Positions 30,644-40,839 of a stretch of 64,000 nucleotides of DNA are shown piece after piece. The notes beneath the pieces were generated by a model that saw only the letters and a list, made by a program, of their open reading frames with translations, ran no database searches and was not told the DNA's origin. Each line of letters opens with the position of its first letter. Position 1 is the stretch's first letter. The position numbers and the translations under genes were made by a program. The stretch spans positions 1,056,001 to 1,120,000 of the forward strand of contig CAVXGK010000002.1 in assembly GCA_963761305.1 (NCBI GenBank). The letters are read 5' to 3'. Source of the DNA: an uncultured Gemmatimonadaceae bacterium. Its GTDB lineage: Bacteria; Gemmatimonadota; Gemmatimonadetes; Gemmatimonadales; Gemmatimonadaceae.

Positions 30644-32251
30644 ATGCCCTCGCGTGTAATCGCGATCGGCCTCGACGGCTTCGAGATCACGCTCGCCGAG
30701 CACTTCATCTCCGAAGGACTGATGCCGAACTTCGCGCGGATCGCGGCTCGCTCGCTGCGCGCCCGCCTCGATCACGGCGCCGACAAGTTCTCGGGCCTCG
30801 CGTGGGAGCACGTGAGCGCCGGACGGGCCCCCTCTGACGGTGCGCGCTGGTCGGCCGTGACCTTCGACAAGGATCGCTACACGGCCCGTCAAGAGAATAC
30901 GACCTATCGACCCTTCCTGGCCGATCTCCCGCTTCGCTCCGTTGTGGCGGATCTCCCGTACTGCGATCTCGGGGCGGCGCCCGACGTACAGGGGCTCATC
31001 GGCTGGGGCGTGCACGATCCGGGTATTGATCCCACGTCTCGGCCGGAAAGCCTGCTCGCCGAAATCAAGCAGCGCTTCGGGGCCTATCCCGCTCCGGAGT
31101 GGATTTACGGATTCTCTTGGCCCTCGCCTGAACGCACACGCCGGGCGTCGGACGCGCTGACGCGCGCCGTGAACGTCCGGTCGGAGGTCACACGATGGCT
31201 GCTCGCCGAGCGGCTGCCAGAGTGGGACCTTGCCATCGTCGTCACCAGCGAAACGCATTCGGCGATCGAGCCACTATGGCATGGCGTCGATGCTTCACAT
31301 CCACTGCACGCGTTGCCGTCGGCCGCGCCGGCGGCCGCCGGCCTGCGCGACGTATACACCGCGACCGACAATCTCATCGGCACCATGGCCGGCGCGTTCC
31401 CCGACGCAACGCTCGTGCTGTTCGCCATGCACGGCATGGGAATCAATGACGCCGACGTTCCCGTGATGGCGCTGTTGCCGGAGCTCCTCCACCGCCATGC
31501 GTTCGGCCGGCCTCACATGAAGAAGCCCCGTTGGACCAGCCGGCTGAGCGACGGAACGCCGCTGCTCGGCGAACACGAGTCCTGGGAACAAGCGGTGGCC
31601 GACATCGTACCGATGGGCGGCGAGTCTGCCGTCCGTCGCGGGCTCCGCGGATTGCGCGATCGGGTGACTGGCCGGCGCCCCCACGCGATGATCGTGAACG
31701 ATGATCCCCCGGCGATGGGGTGGATGCCGGCAATGCGCTATCAGTCGTTCTGGCCGGCCATGCGCGCGTTCGCCCTGCCGTCTTTCTACGACGGCCGGAT
31801 TCGCGTGAATCTGGCCGGACGGGAGTCCCGGGGCATCGTTCAACCCGACAAGTACCGGAGCACACAGGACGCACTCACCGAGCTCTTGCACGAGTGCCGC
31901 GACGCCATCACCGGAGAGCGCGTGGTCGAGGAAATCATCCGCCATGAGGGCGACCCCGCGCTGGTCGGCCCATCGCAGGCCGACGTGTCGATCATCTGGC
32001 GCGGAACCGCCCTCGGACTCACCCATCCCTCGCTTGGCACGATCGGCCCGGTACCTTGGCGCCGGACGGGAGGGCACACAGGCGCCCACGGATTTCTTCA
32101 CGTGTCGGGGCAGGACATCCCCGCGGGCGACACGGCGCACGCGAGCTCCTTCGATGTGGTTCCGACGCTGATCGCGCTTACCGGAGCGACGCCGCCCCCG
32201 AATCTGAGCGGGCATGTGCTCCCGGCGCTCGCCTATCGGGCGGGGATTTGA
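30644..32251 (+). CDS. Alkaline phosphatase superfamily (nucleotide pyrophosphatase/phosphodiesterase-like) protein
   Basis: VIAIGLDG, IRVNLAGRE-x-x-GIV, TGGH...GF, DVVPTL. Confidence 0.8.
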   Translation: MPSRVIAIGLDGFEITLAEHFISEGLMPNFARIAARSLRARLDHGADKFSGLAWEHVSAGRAPSDGARWSAVTFDKDRYTARQENTTYRPFLADLPLRSVVADLPYCDLGAAPDVQGLIGWGVHDPGIDPTSRPESLLAEIKQRFGAYPAPEWIYGFSWPSPERTRRASDALTRAVNVRSEVTRWLLAERLPEWDLAIVVTSETHSAIEPLWHGVDASHPLHALPSAAPAAAGLRDVYTATDNLIGTMAGAFPDATLVLFAMHGMGINDADVPVMALLPELLHRHAFGRPHMKKPRWTSRLSDGTPLLGEHESWEQAVADIVPMGGESAVRRGLRGLRDRVTGRRPHAMIVNDDPPAMGWMPAMRYQSFWPAMRAFALPSFYDGRIRVNLAGRESRGIVQPDKYRSTQDALTELLHECRDAITGERVVEEIIRHEGDPALVGPSQADVSIIWRGTALGLTHPSLGTIGPVPWRRTGGHTGAHGFLHVSGQDIPAGDTAHASSFDVVPTLIALTGATPPPNLSGHVLPALAYRAGI

Positions 32252-33233
32252 CCGCGCGCCGTCCGTAATACCTGCCGCGTGCGATCGCTGCACGGAGCAG
32301 GGCCGGCACCCAATCTGTGGGCGGACGAGTCGCCCGCATGAGGCGGAAGGCGATCTCGCGGTACAGCATGACCGCTGCATCGCGCACCGGCCGAGGTGAC
32401 CCAAGCGACCCAGGTGAGCCAGGCGCCGCGCGCCGTTGTTCGAGGCCCACGACGTAGCCATGACCCTCGAAATATCGGCGGAGGTATGCGGTCGTCTGAC
32501 GCTCGGGTTCGATCATGTGCTCGACGATCGAGTCGGGAACCCAGCGCGCCGTGCCGCCGGCGTCGAGCACCGCTTGGATGACGTCGATCTCCTCACCTCC
32601 GATGAGCCATCGGCTGGGTTGGCGCCCGAGCGTTACGTCGTATGGTCGCGCGCGCTGCGCCGCCACGGCAATCGCGAAGTTCGCTCCGTACGGAAGGCCG
32701 TCTCGTTCCGGAACGACCGCTGCATCGGCCGACGGTCGTCGCGTAGCGAACGCCGACTCACAGACGTAGACAGAGCGAGCGAGCCACGGCGGAGGTCCAC
32801 CTTCGAAGACCGGAGTGATCGTGCCGCCGAAAACTGTCGTGCCGGGCCATTTCAGGATGGCGCGCTCGTATGCGGTGAGCCAATCGACGTGCACCCGCAC
32901 GTCGTCATCCGTCCAGAGTATGTAGTCACCGCGCGCCGCCCGCACTCCGGCATTGCGCGCCCGCGAATGGCCCGGCTCGGGTTCGACAACGATGCGCAAG
33001 GGCAGGCGCGACGCGTATTCCCGGGCGACCCGCTCAGTGTCGTCCGTGCAAGCGTTCGCGACGACGACGATCTCGAGTTGGTGATGCAGCGGCAACGAAG
33101 CAAGCGTGAGCGAGCGGAGCGTCTCGCCGAGCCGGCGCGCTCGGTTGTGCGTGCAAATCGCTACCGTGAGGAACGGCCGGCCCGTTTCGTCCGGCGTTAT
33201 CGGCGCAAGCGGTTCGTTGTCGTCCGGGGTCAC
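32178..33233 (-). CDS. GT2 family glycosyltransferase
   Basis: TVAICTHNR, G-x-S-x-ARN-x-G, WTDDD, GANFA, GGEE. Confidence 0.88.
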   Translation of the reverse strand: MTPDDNEPLAPITPDETGRPFLTVAICTHNRARRLGETLRSLTLASLPLHHQLEIVVVANACTDDTERVAREYASRLPLRIVVEPEPGHSRARNAGVRAARGDYILWTDDDVRVHVDWLTAYERAILKWPGTTVFGGTITPVFEGGPPPWLARSVYVCESAFATRRPSADAAVVPERDGLPYGANFAIAVAAQRARPYDVTLGRQPSRWLIGGEEIDVIQAVLDAGGTARWVPDSIVEHMIEPERQTTAYLRRYFEGHGYVVGLEQRRAAPGSPGSLGSPRPVRDAAVMLYREIAFRLMRATRPPTDWVPALLRAAIARGRYYGRRAVKSPPDRRAPGAHARSDSGAASLR

Positions 33234-33375
33234 GGGAGCGAAATGAGGGTGGTGGAGGTGAGCGTGCGGTGAGCCATCTCACGCCGCCGAGTGCCACTCC
33301 CCGCGGGCGCTCGTGTCGAGATTGAAGCAATATTCATGTCGGCGTTGATTCACGAAAACTTACCGGAGACGAATC

Positions 33376-33891
33376 ATGTCCACTATGGCTACGTTGGCTC
33401 GATTGACCGCTGCTGGAACGTTGCTCGTGACGAGCGTCGCGTCGGCACAGGCTACGAAGGCGCAGGCGGAATTGGCGGCCGCGATGCGCGGCGCAAATCA
33501 TGTGGCGCTTGCGGACGGCATCGAGACGGCCAGCGCCTCCGGCAACCCGATTTCCGCGAGATACGAGTTCGAGAACGGGAAGCTCCAGCTCTCGGTTTTC
33601 GTCGAGAAGGCGGGCGCGTACTCGGAGGTCTTCGTCGATCACATGACCGGAAAGGTGGCCAGGATCGACAAGATCACCGGAGGTGACGACCTGAAAGACG
33701 CAAAGGCCCAGAGCAAAGCCTCGGCGAAGGCGACGGAGGCGCTCGCGTCGGCGCTCGCCAAAGCGGTCGCGGCAAATCCGGGCTACACGGCCGTAGACGT
33801 AACGCCAGTCCTCGAGGGCAAACGTCCCGTTGCCGTGATTACGCTGATGAAGGACGGGCGATTCAAGGGTGCGTCGCAGCCGCTCGGGTGA
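33376..33891 (+). CDS. Secreted PepSY-like protein
   Basis: GGAG SD, signal peptide, PISARYEFE-x-GKLQLSV, EV-x-VDH-x-TG. Confidence 0.7.
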   Translation: MSTMATLARLTAAGTLLVTSVASAQATKAQAELAAAMRGANHVALADGIETASASGNPISARYEFENGKLQLSVFVEKAGAYSEVFVDHMTGKVARIDKITGGDDLKDAKAQSKASAKATEALASALAKAVAANPGYTAVDVTPVLEGKRPVAVITLMKDGRFKGASQPLG

Positions 33892-35941
33892 GACCGACTC
33901 TCCGCATCAGATCCTGCGAATCGTGGGTCGGCCCTCGCGACGGCGAAGCGCGGCTCGAAGATGTTGTCCCGAAGAGTGAGGTCGTCGACCGACCGATTGA
34001 GCCAGGTGAACGTGCTGTCGTACTCGTGCAGGCCGAAGAAGACGCCTGCCACATCCCACGCCCGACCGCGACCGGCGTTCCATCGCGCCTCGAGACCTCG
34101 GAGGATCGCGCGGGCCTCAGCACCGCGCCCCGACTCGGCGAAAATGCGCGCGATGCCAGCGGAATCGTTGCCGGCTTCGACCATTGCATCGCGCCACATT
34201 TTGCGGTCTTCGTAGATGCTTTCCACAGTCTGGCTGGCGCGACGCACCTTGGGACGCAGCGACTGCAACGGCCGCAGGAGAACGAGCGCTTCGTCTTCCC
34301 GCCCGGCCATTGCGAGGATCCGGCCATCGTGCGCGATGGCATCGATCGCGCGAGGGTTGAGTGCGACGGAGCGCCGTGACTCCGCGATTGCCTCGTCCAC
34401 GCGGCCGAGCCAGAAGTCGACGGCGGCCACGAACTGGTGGGCCTCCGAATTGTCCGGCTCCACAACCACCGCGCGGCGCGCTGCCGACTCGGCCGTCGAG
34501 AAATCGAGGCGATTGAGACTCGCCCAGGCAAGTTCGGCGTAGCCGTCGGCGAGGGTCGAGTCGAGCGCGATTGCGTGCCGCGCAGCGACCGCACCGCTGT
34601 CGCACGCCACCAGCCGGGCGCGGCGCGCCTCGCCGCCCAGACAAACGGCGTTGTACGCGCGGGCCAGGGAGGCAAATGCGGCGGGAAAGAGCGAGTCGGC
34701 CGCCACCGCGCGACCGAGGATCCCAACCGCGGCTCGCGTTCCGCTGTCGCTTCGGAAAAGACGCTGATCCGTGCCGCGAAGATAGAGATCGAACGCATCG
34801 GAGTTGGGGCGATGCCCGCGCGTGGCGATGACCGCATACGCCGCGAGCGACACGGCGGCCAGGAACCCGATGCCCCCCGCCACCACCCAGCGTCGCGTCG
34901 CGCGTCGGGAGCGGGCGGTCGCGAACGCCGCCGAGAACGCGTGGTCGAAACTCGAAACAGACGGAAACCGCTCGGCCGCATCGCGGGCGAGGGCGCGCCG
35001 CAGCACATCGTGCGCGGCCCGCGGTACGTCCGTCGACGACGCGAGCGAGGGATCGGTGCTCGCGTCCATCCACGGTCGGCCGAGCATTTCCTGCACGACG
35101 GCAGCCAGTGAATAGACGTCGCTGCGCGCGTCGACCGGTCCACGTCCGTCGGCCTGCTCGGGGCTCATGTACTCCGGCGTTCCGGCCGAGGCGCCGACGG
35201 TCAAGGGCGGTCGAGCGACGCCGAAGTCGGCGAGCATGGCGCGCTCGCCGTCGAACAGGATGTTCTCTGGTTTCACGTCGCGATGGACGACGTTCTGCTC
35301 GTGCGCGTGCGACAGCGCGGCGGCGATCTCGCGCAGGATTCGCTGCACGCGCCTCTGACGAAAGCGGCGCGCCCGGAGGTCAGCCGCTGGCGCAAGCTGC
35401 CGCCGCGCATCACCGGCATCACGTAATACAACCAGCCCTGCTCGTCTCCGGAGTCGTACAGCGGGACGATGTTCGGATGATGAAGCCGGGCGGCGAACTT
35501 GATCTCTCGATCGAAGCGGTCGGCGCCGATCGCGGCCGCCGCGTCGGGCCCCAGGATCTTGACCGCCACTTGCCGATCGTGCTTGCGGTCGTGAGCCAGA
35601 TAGACGACCGCCATGCCGCCGCGGCCGATTTCGCGTTCGATCACGAATCGCCCATTCAAGATTCGTGGCGGCGTCTCTTCGAGCAGGGCGGCGAACCGCT
35701 CGCCGGCGGGCGCGTCGAGGAGCGCGTCGTCCCGCTCGCAAGCGGCGACCAGGCGCGCGAGTTGCGCACGCAACGCCCGATCGCCATTCGCGGCGCGGTC
35801 GAAGTATGCATCGCGCTCCTCGGGTGGGAGATCGAGCGCCGCGTCGATCAGCGGTTCGAGCGCGGCCCACCGTTCGGACGAGATCGAGGCCCCCTGGTCG
35901 GCCTCCACCGGCGTGGGATACGATCGCGGTGTGTCGGTCAT
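33863..35941 (-). CDS. Ser/Thr protein kinase with TPR region; frameshifts near 35355-35375 and 33915
   Basis: IGRGGMAVVYLA, VAVK in one frame; HRDVKPEN, DFG, GTPEYMSPEQ and TPRs in another; ATG overlaps the ECF stop. Confidence 0.85.
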
Positions 35942-36480
35942 TGCGGGAGAAGCTCGCGGAGCAGCATACGGGCCTTGGCCCAATCGCGTTCGACGGTGCG
36001 GACGGTCACGCCGTTCACTGCGGCGATCGCTTCCGGCGGCAAGCCGCCGAAGAATCGAAGCACCACGACTCGAGCCAGCCGCTCATCGATCGATGCGAGG
36101 CGGTCGAGCGCGTCGTGGATCTCGAGGACCGCCTCGGATTGGTCTTCCGCGGCGATGGCTTCCTCGTCGAGCGTCACGCGGTAGCCCGTCCCGCCTCGCT
36201 TGAGCGCCCGCCGCGCCTTTGCGCGATCGACGATGACCTGGCGCATCGCCACGGCCGCCAACGCGAGCACGTGCACGCGATCGATTGAATCGGCCTGCCG
36301 GCTGCCGGCCAAACGGAGATAGACCTCGTGCACCAGCCCGGTGGTGGCCAGCGTCGAGCCGCGGTCGCGCGACAACTGGGCGTGAGCGATCCGCCGCAGC
36401 TCGCCATAGACGAACGGCATGAGCGCGTCGAGCGACTCCGAGCTTTCAATCGCAGGTCCGAAATGTCGGGGCGCAGCCAC
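35938..36480 (-). CDS. ECF sigma factor of the kinase-associated type (start uncertain)
   Basis: VY-x-ELRRIA, TGLVHEVYLRL, AMRQVIVD-x-A, VLRFFGGL, RTVERDW-x-x-AR. Confidence 0.88.
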   Translation of the reverse strand: MAAPRHFGPAIESSESLDALMPFVYGELRRIAHAQLSRDRGSTLATTGLVHEVYLRLAGSRQADSIDRVHVLALAAVAMRQVIVDRAKARRALKRGGTGYRVTLDEEAIAAEDQSEAVLEIHDALDRLASIDERLARVVVLRFFGGLPPEAIAAVNGVTVRTVERDWAKARMLLRELLPQ

Positions 36481-36615
36481 GGGCGTCGTTTGCTGTTCAG
36501 TGGATCTCGATCGTCGACCGAGCCATTCCGGCGTCTTGACGGTTTGAACATGAGAACGATCGTCGCAAGTCGCAATCGCGTGGACGCATACCTGGCCAGG
36601 GGGTTCCTCTGCACG

Positions 36616-36690
36616 CCGGGCGGGTCCAACGACGTAAATGTCGGGCCGATGCGACAGTTCTCGTTTACCCAAGTGGCGGTTTGCCGCGGC
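36616..36690 (+). promoter_or_regulatory. Putative ECF promoter AAATGTCGGG-N15-TCGTTT, paralogous to 51427-51501
   Basis: About 75-bp block conserved with 51427-51501; a third core copy at 36461-36491. Confidence 0.65.
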
Positions 36691-36725
36691 GCACCAATAC
36701 TGAACTCACGGGGGGGGGAGAGCTT

Positions 36726-37469
36726 ATGTGGTCCAGGGCGAAAACCTTGATCGTACGAGGCGTCGTCAGCGCGGCCGTCGCGATGCTCGGTGCCGGGTGC
36801 AGCGGCGATACCCCATCTACGACGGGCACGGCCGTCGTCAGTGACCCGTCCACGCCTCTGGCGCCGGCACCAACTCGACCCCCGTCTCCCATACCCGGCT
36901 CGTACACGATCACGGGCCTCGTCCGAGAGGGTGGGCGCCCGATCCCCGGCGTAGGCGTAAATGCATGGGTGACCGAAGACGCCGGGTTCGGTTACTCCTG
37001 GTGGTGGGCGCACGGCCCGTTGCACTCCGACACTGCTGGACGGTATTCGGTCTCGGACCTGCCGAGCGGGGTGCATGTGTGGCTGCAGGCGTTCCAGGAC
37101 GGCTATGACCAGCAATGCGCCGTATCCGTACCGACCGTCCGAGGCGACACGACGGTCGACATCCCGCTCGTATCGACGGCGGTAGTCGCACCCACGGCTT
37201 CGTCGCCGTCGGGCTTGCGGTCGGTTTCCGGTTCGGTCGTGCTCGCGACTTCGGGCGGCCCGCAACCGGCAGCCGGAGCGTTCGTCGATTTCGAGCCGAT
37301 CCCTGACCTCCCGGAGGCCACGACGCACGCTGACGGGGCTGGGCGATTCGCGTTGTGCGGGCTGCCCGCCAATGACACGATCTGGCTCGGCGCATTCTCC
37401 GGCTCGCACTCCGCGTACGTGCAGGTGCCGCCTGGTCAGTCCGACGGCGTGAAGATCGTTTTGCCGTGA
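36726..37469 (+). CDS. Lipoprotein with two carboxypeptidase-regulatory-like domains
   Basis: Lipobox LGAGC, Pro-rich linker, TITG-x-V..D-x-x-GRY and D-x-x-GRF repeats. Confidence 0.75.
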   Translation: MWSRAKTLIVRGVVSAAVAMLGAGCSGDTPSTTGTAVVSDPSTPLAPAPTRPPSPIPGSYTITGLVREGGRPIPGVGVNAWVTEDAGFGYSWWWAHGPLHSDTAGRYSVSDLPSGVHVWLQAFQDGYDQQCAVSVPTVRGDTTVDIPLVSTAVVAPTASSPSGLRSVSGSVVLATSGGPQPAAGAFVDFEPIPDLPEATTHADGAGRFALCGLPANDTIWLGAFSGSHSAYVQVPPGQSDGVKIVLP

Positions 37470-37515
37470 GCCCTGACAACGAGCGATCAGCTTTCGCTCT
37501 TATCGCTTGCCCACG

Positions 37516-37745
37516 TCACTCGCCCTCAAGGAGCGCCCCGAGCCGGATCGATCCAGCTCACGCGGTGTGCCGGGAGATACGCCGCGACGGCGCCGATCCC
37601 CAGCAGCACGGCGCAGGCGACGCCGAGCGACAGTAGATCCGTCGAGCTGACGTCGTAGCGGAGCGCGCCGAGCAGATGCGTTGCGGCCGGCGCGACCACC
37701 AGTCCGACCGCACCGCTCGTCGTGACGATCGCGGCGCGCGCGCGA
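37516..37745 (-). pseudogene. 3' remnant of an ADOP-type ABC permease, duplicate of 53012-53240
   Basis: Nucleotide-level similarity to 52990-53240 including the downstream intergenic bases; no 5' portion. Confidence 0.8.
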
Positions 37746-37788
37746 ACAGCGCGCCGAGCGGCGCGCCATCGAGGTGCACGAGGCGCCG

Positions 37789-38116
37789 GATGGGCGCGCG
37801 TCTCGACGCACTCATGGCGTCGGTCGATCTCGCAGTGCAGTTGCGATCGACCGACCTTGGCGGGAGTTCAGGAATCGTCGCGCGATTGCTGGCCGTAGGA
37901 ACGCCGATCGTCGCCACGGCGCGCGGCGCGGCGCTCGAACTCGGTGAGGCGGTCACCTTCGCGGGTGCATCCGTGGGCGCAGGCGAACTCGCGGAGCTGA
38001 TCCAGCGCGAGATCACCCGCGACACAGACCGCGGCGAAGCCATGCGCCGCTGTGCCGAATGCCACTCGCCGCGGGCGCTCGTGTCGACATTGAAGCAGTG
38101 TGCGGATCGGCGTTGA
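37789..38116 (+). pseudogene. C-terminal fragment of a GT4-like glycosyltransferase
   Basis: DLAVQLR...GGSSG-x-V-x-x-LLA-x-G-x-P-x-VAT..GAA-x-EL; N-terminal domain absent. Confidence 0.5.
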
Positions 38117-38378
38117 ATCACGCCGGCGGATCTCAATGGCTGGAGGCCGTAGATAGAGCAAAGCGGCCAAGCCGGCCGGATAGAAGGACAGGGAGAAGGC
38201 CGAAGGGAAGAGCGTGCGAAATCGGTTGATCCGGTACGATCGGAAGTTCTTCATGGCCGTTTACAACTGGGCGGCCAACGTGATCGAGCGGCGGCGCCCG
38301 CTGTTGGAGCGCAATCCGTTTCGCAGGGGCATCGCTCGAAATCGCTGAGTGGGGGCGCAGCTTCCTCGCGTGCCAGTC

Positions 38379-39260
38379 TCAGCCTCCACCAGCCAGGGTC
38401 ACGGGGAGCAGAGCTTCCAGCAACGTGTCGCTCGCGTAGTCTCCATCGCTCTCTGCGAGGCAAGTCGCTCCTTCGCCGAACAGCGAGACGTCGTCTATCT
38501 GTGGAGGTCGGCCCAACCTTGCCGCCAACACGCCGAGAACTCGACGGTAACCGGACCGAATCGCCTGCTTAACATCATCATCCAGCCAGAGTACTTGCCA
38601 AATGCTCCCGACGGCAAGCCACGAGGGAAGCCGGAGGTCCGCGGGGACGGAGCCCGTCGGCGATGCGACCGAACGAAGCGGGCGTCCGGAATAGGGTAAG
38701 AACGGGCACCCATCGCGAAGGTGAAGGACCTGCCAATCGCCAGGTAAGAACGCGAACCAACGAACGCCCGGGACGCGCGATTCGACCGTTGCGCGCCCCA
38801 CTCGGGACGAGCAGCCAACTGCTACTCCCTCGATGCGCGAGCCCGCCTGCACGCACAACCTACTCAGCTGACACAGGGTCCGGCCGCTCGATACTGCGTC
38901 ATCCACTACACCAACAGTCGGATGGCCCGCGAGTTTATCGAGCTCAAACCCAGTGACCGGACTCAGAAACCGAGCATCGGCACACCGCGTGAGGTTGGTG
39001 CGGGTTCCTCTCTCCGCGATCTCTTCGCCCCGAAGAAGCGGGTCTAGGATCAGCCAATGACGCCCGTCCGCCGCAACGGTCTTCGTGGCCCAGTCAGCAT
39101 AGAGGCGGTGCGGAACGACCTCCCATCCGCGCCGCGCCGCGTAGGCGCGTACGGCTGATCGCACCGCTTGTGCTCCTTCGTCCGCCATCGCGCCGCCGTC
39201 GGATGACATGATGGCCAGAGCCGCCGGAACATCATCCATTACTAAGACGCCACCTTTCAT
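38379..39260 (-). CDS. Type I phosphoribosyltransferase-like protein
   Basis: PRPP-binding loop VGVVDDAVSSGRTL. Confidence 0.65.
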   Translation of the reverse strand: MKGGVLVMDDVPAALAIMSSDGGAMADEGAQAVRSAVRAYAARRGWEVVPHRLYADWATKTVAADGRHWLILDPLLRGEEIAERGTRTNLTRCADARFLSPVTGFELDKLAGHPTVGVVDDAVSSGRTLCQLSRLCVQAGSRIEGVAVGCSSRVGRATVESRVPGVRWFAFLPGDWQVLHLRDGCPFLPYSGRPLRSVASPTGSVPADLRLPSWLAVGSIWQVLWLDDDVKQAIRSGYRRVLGVLAARLGRPPQIDDVSLFGEGATCLAESDGDYASDTLLEALLPVTLAGGG

Positions 39261-39398
39261 TGGTCGTTATGAGCCGCTCAGTTTCGCTGTACGTCCACTA
39301 TCGTGCTTAGCGCTACATCCACATCGTCAAGCCCGTTCGTCACCGGCACGTCGAAAGCTGCGGGAGAATCCGTGCTGCCGGTGAGAATCAGCAGCGAA

Positions 39399-39983
39399 TT
39401 AAGAAGCGCCTTGAACTAGGCGATACCCAACTCCCCGGACGGCCACGAGCGCCTTCCTGGCGCCAACGAGGGCCAGTCGCTTTCTCAACCCGCAGATCCG
39501 GACAGCCAAGGTATTCGGGCGGTAGGCGGAACCAGGGCGACGCACTGTGATTTGACCGGCGAGCTTTGCGTGCCTCACGACTCCGCCGTTCGAGCGAAGC
39601 AAAGCATCCATCAGGCGCAGTTCCACGTCTGACAGCACGGTGCGACCCACGCTCGACGAGACGGTTCGCCGCGGCCAATCGATGTCTACCGGAACGTTGC
39701 CAATGCAGTACCAGCCCCTGTCGTCGGCGCTCGCGGTGGAGATGCGCGCCACGAGTGCAATCTCGCCGTCGGCCGACCGTATAGCGTATTCCGAGACACC
39801 CCGCGACACCGCCGCGGTCAGCGCGAAGAGCACGTCATAGCTGGCGCTGATCCTCGCCATGAGTGCGCCTTGTGCTCCGGAGCCAGGTGCGGACGCAGCC
39901 GCTGGGGTTGTACTCGTTGGTATGGCACTGGCCCGCTCACCCGGAGAAGTTGGCCTGCCCGCGAGCCGCTCGGTTCGTTGCAT
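39399..39983 (-). CDS. OmpR/PhoB-type winged-helix DNA-binding protein without a receiver domain (start uncertain)
   Basis: LS-x-x-E-x-RL-x-x-x-L..NTLAV-x-I-x-x-LRKRL..VRGVGYRL. Confidence 0.7.
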   Translation of the reverse strand: MQRTERLAGRPTSPGERASAIPTSTTPAAASAPGSGAQGALMARISASYDVLFALTAAVSRGVSEYAIRSADGEIALVARISTASADDRGWYCIGNVPVDIDWPRRTVSSSVGRTVLSDVELRLMDALLRSNGGVVRHAKLAGQITVRRPGSAYRPNTLAVRICGLRKRLALVGARKALVAVRGVGYRLVQGAS

Positions 39984-40412
39984 GAGTCACGATTGTCCAA
40001 ATGCATGCCCGCAGGACTCCGACACGCGTCGACGCGTTCAATGGGAGGGGCTTTGCCACCGGCGCGCATAATGATCGCGTAGATCGCCGCCGTCAATGGT
40101 GAAGCGCCAACCTTGGCTGGCTCGCAAGCGCACGTTGCGCAGCCGCGACAGACCAGACAACCAGGTTGTGTTATTGACAACATTAATTTGCCTTCTAATG
40201 TAGCACAGTGGTGATCAACACAGGCAGACTTAGATTACGATCGTCTCAATAAATGCTTCGGGTCACATTCGCTTGACACCTGCCTCGGCCTACCCAATCC
40301 TTGCCAACCGCTGACGCGTGGTCATGGCCACCCGGCTCTAACGCGCAGATACCATTCGACGATGACTGGAGTCTTCGGGCCCGCGCGCAGCACCCACACA
40401 CGAGGTGTGTCG

Positions 40413-40676
40413 ATGAGGAGTCGAGGGCGGATCTTTTTGCAGTGCTGCGTGATCATCATGGCAGCAGCGGAGCTCGTCGTACCGCGCTCCGCCAACGCGG
40501 CGCCCCGCAGTTGCGGGGACTTCTTCTGTGAATTTCCCGTGCAGGGCACGTGTACGACCGGGGAGAACCCGCCGCCGAACCTTTCGTGCAGCGGCTGCGG
40601 GCCGCCGATCTGTTTGGACAATGGTCCCGACTGCGACTCGCCTCAGATCGAATGGGTCTGCAGTTTCGCGTCGTAG
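40413..40676 (+). CDS. Secreted cysteine-rich peptide (87 aa; predicted mature 58 aa with 8 Cys)
   Basis: GAGGTG SD, signal-like leader ending ANA, then C-x4-C-x7-C-x11-C-x2-C-x4-C-x6-C-x8-C. Confidence 0.65.
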   Translation: MRSRGRIFLQCCVIIMAAAELVVPRSANAAPRSCGDFFCEFPVQGTCTTGENPPPNLSCSGCGPPICLDNGPDCDSPQIEWVCSFAS

Positions 40677-40839
40677 GACTCTGCCCCGACCGCCGTGCCG
40701 ATGCCGCAGCAAATGCGCCCGTCGCACGAGCGGTCGGGTCACGTAGTTGTGTGCGGCGTTAAAAATGCATGGCGGCGGCCGCGCATCGCGTCGATCTGCG
40801 GCAGCGGTAAGACGATCTGCTTAGAGAGGTGCCTCTCAA

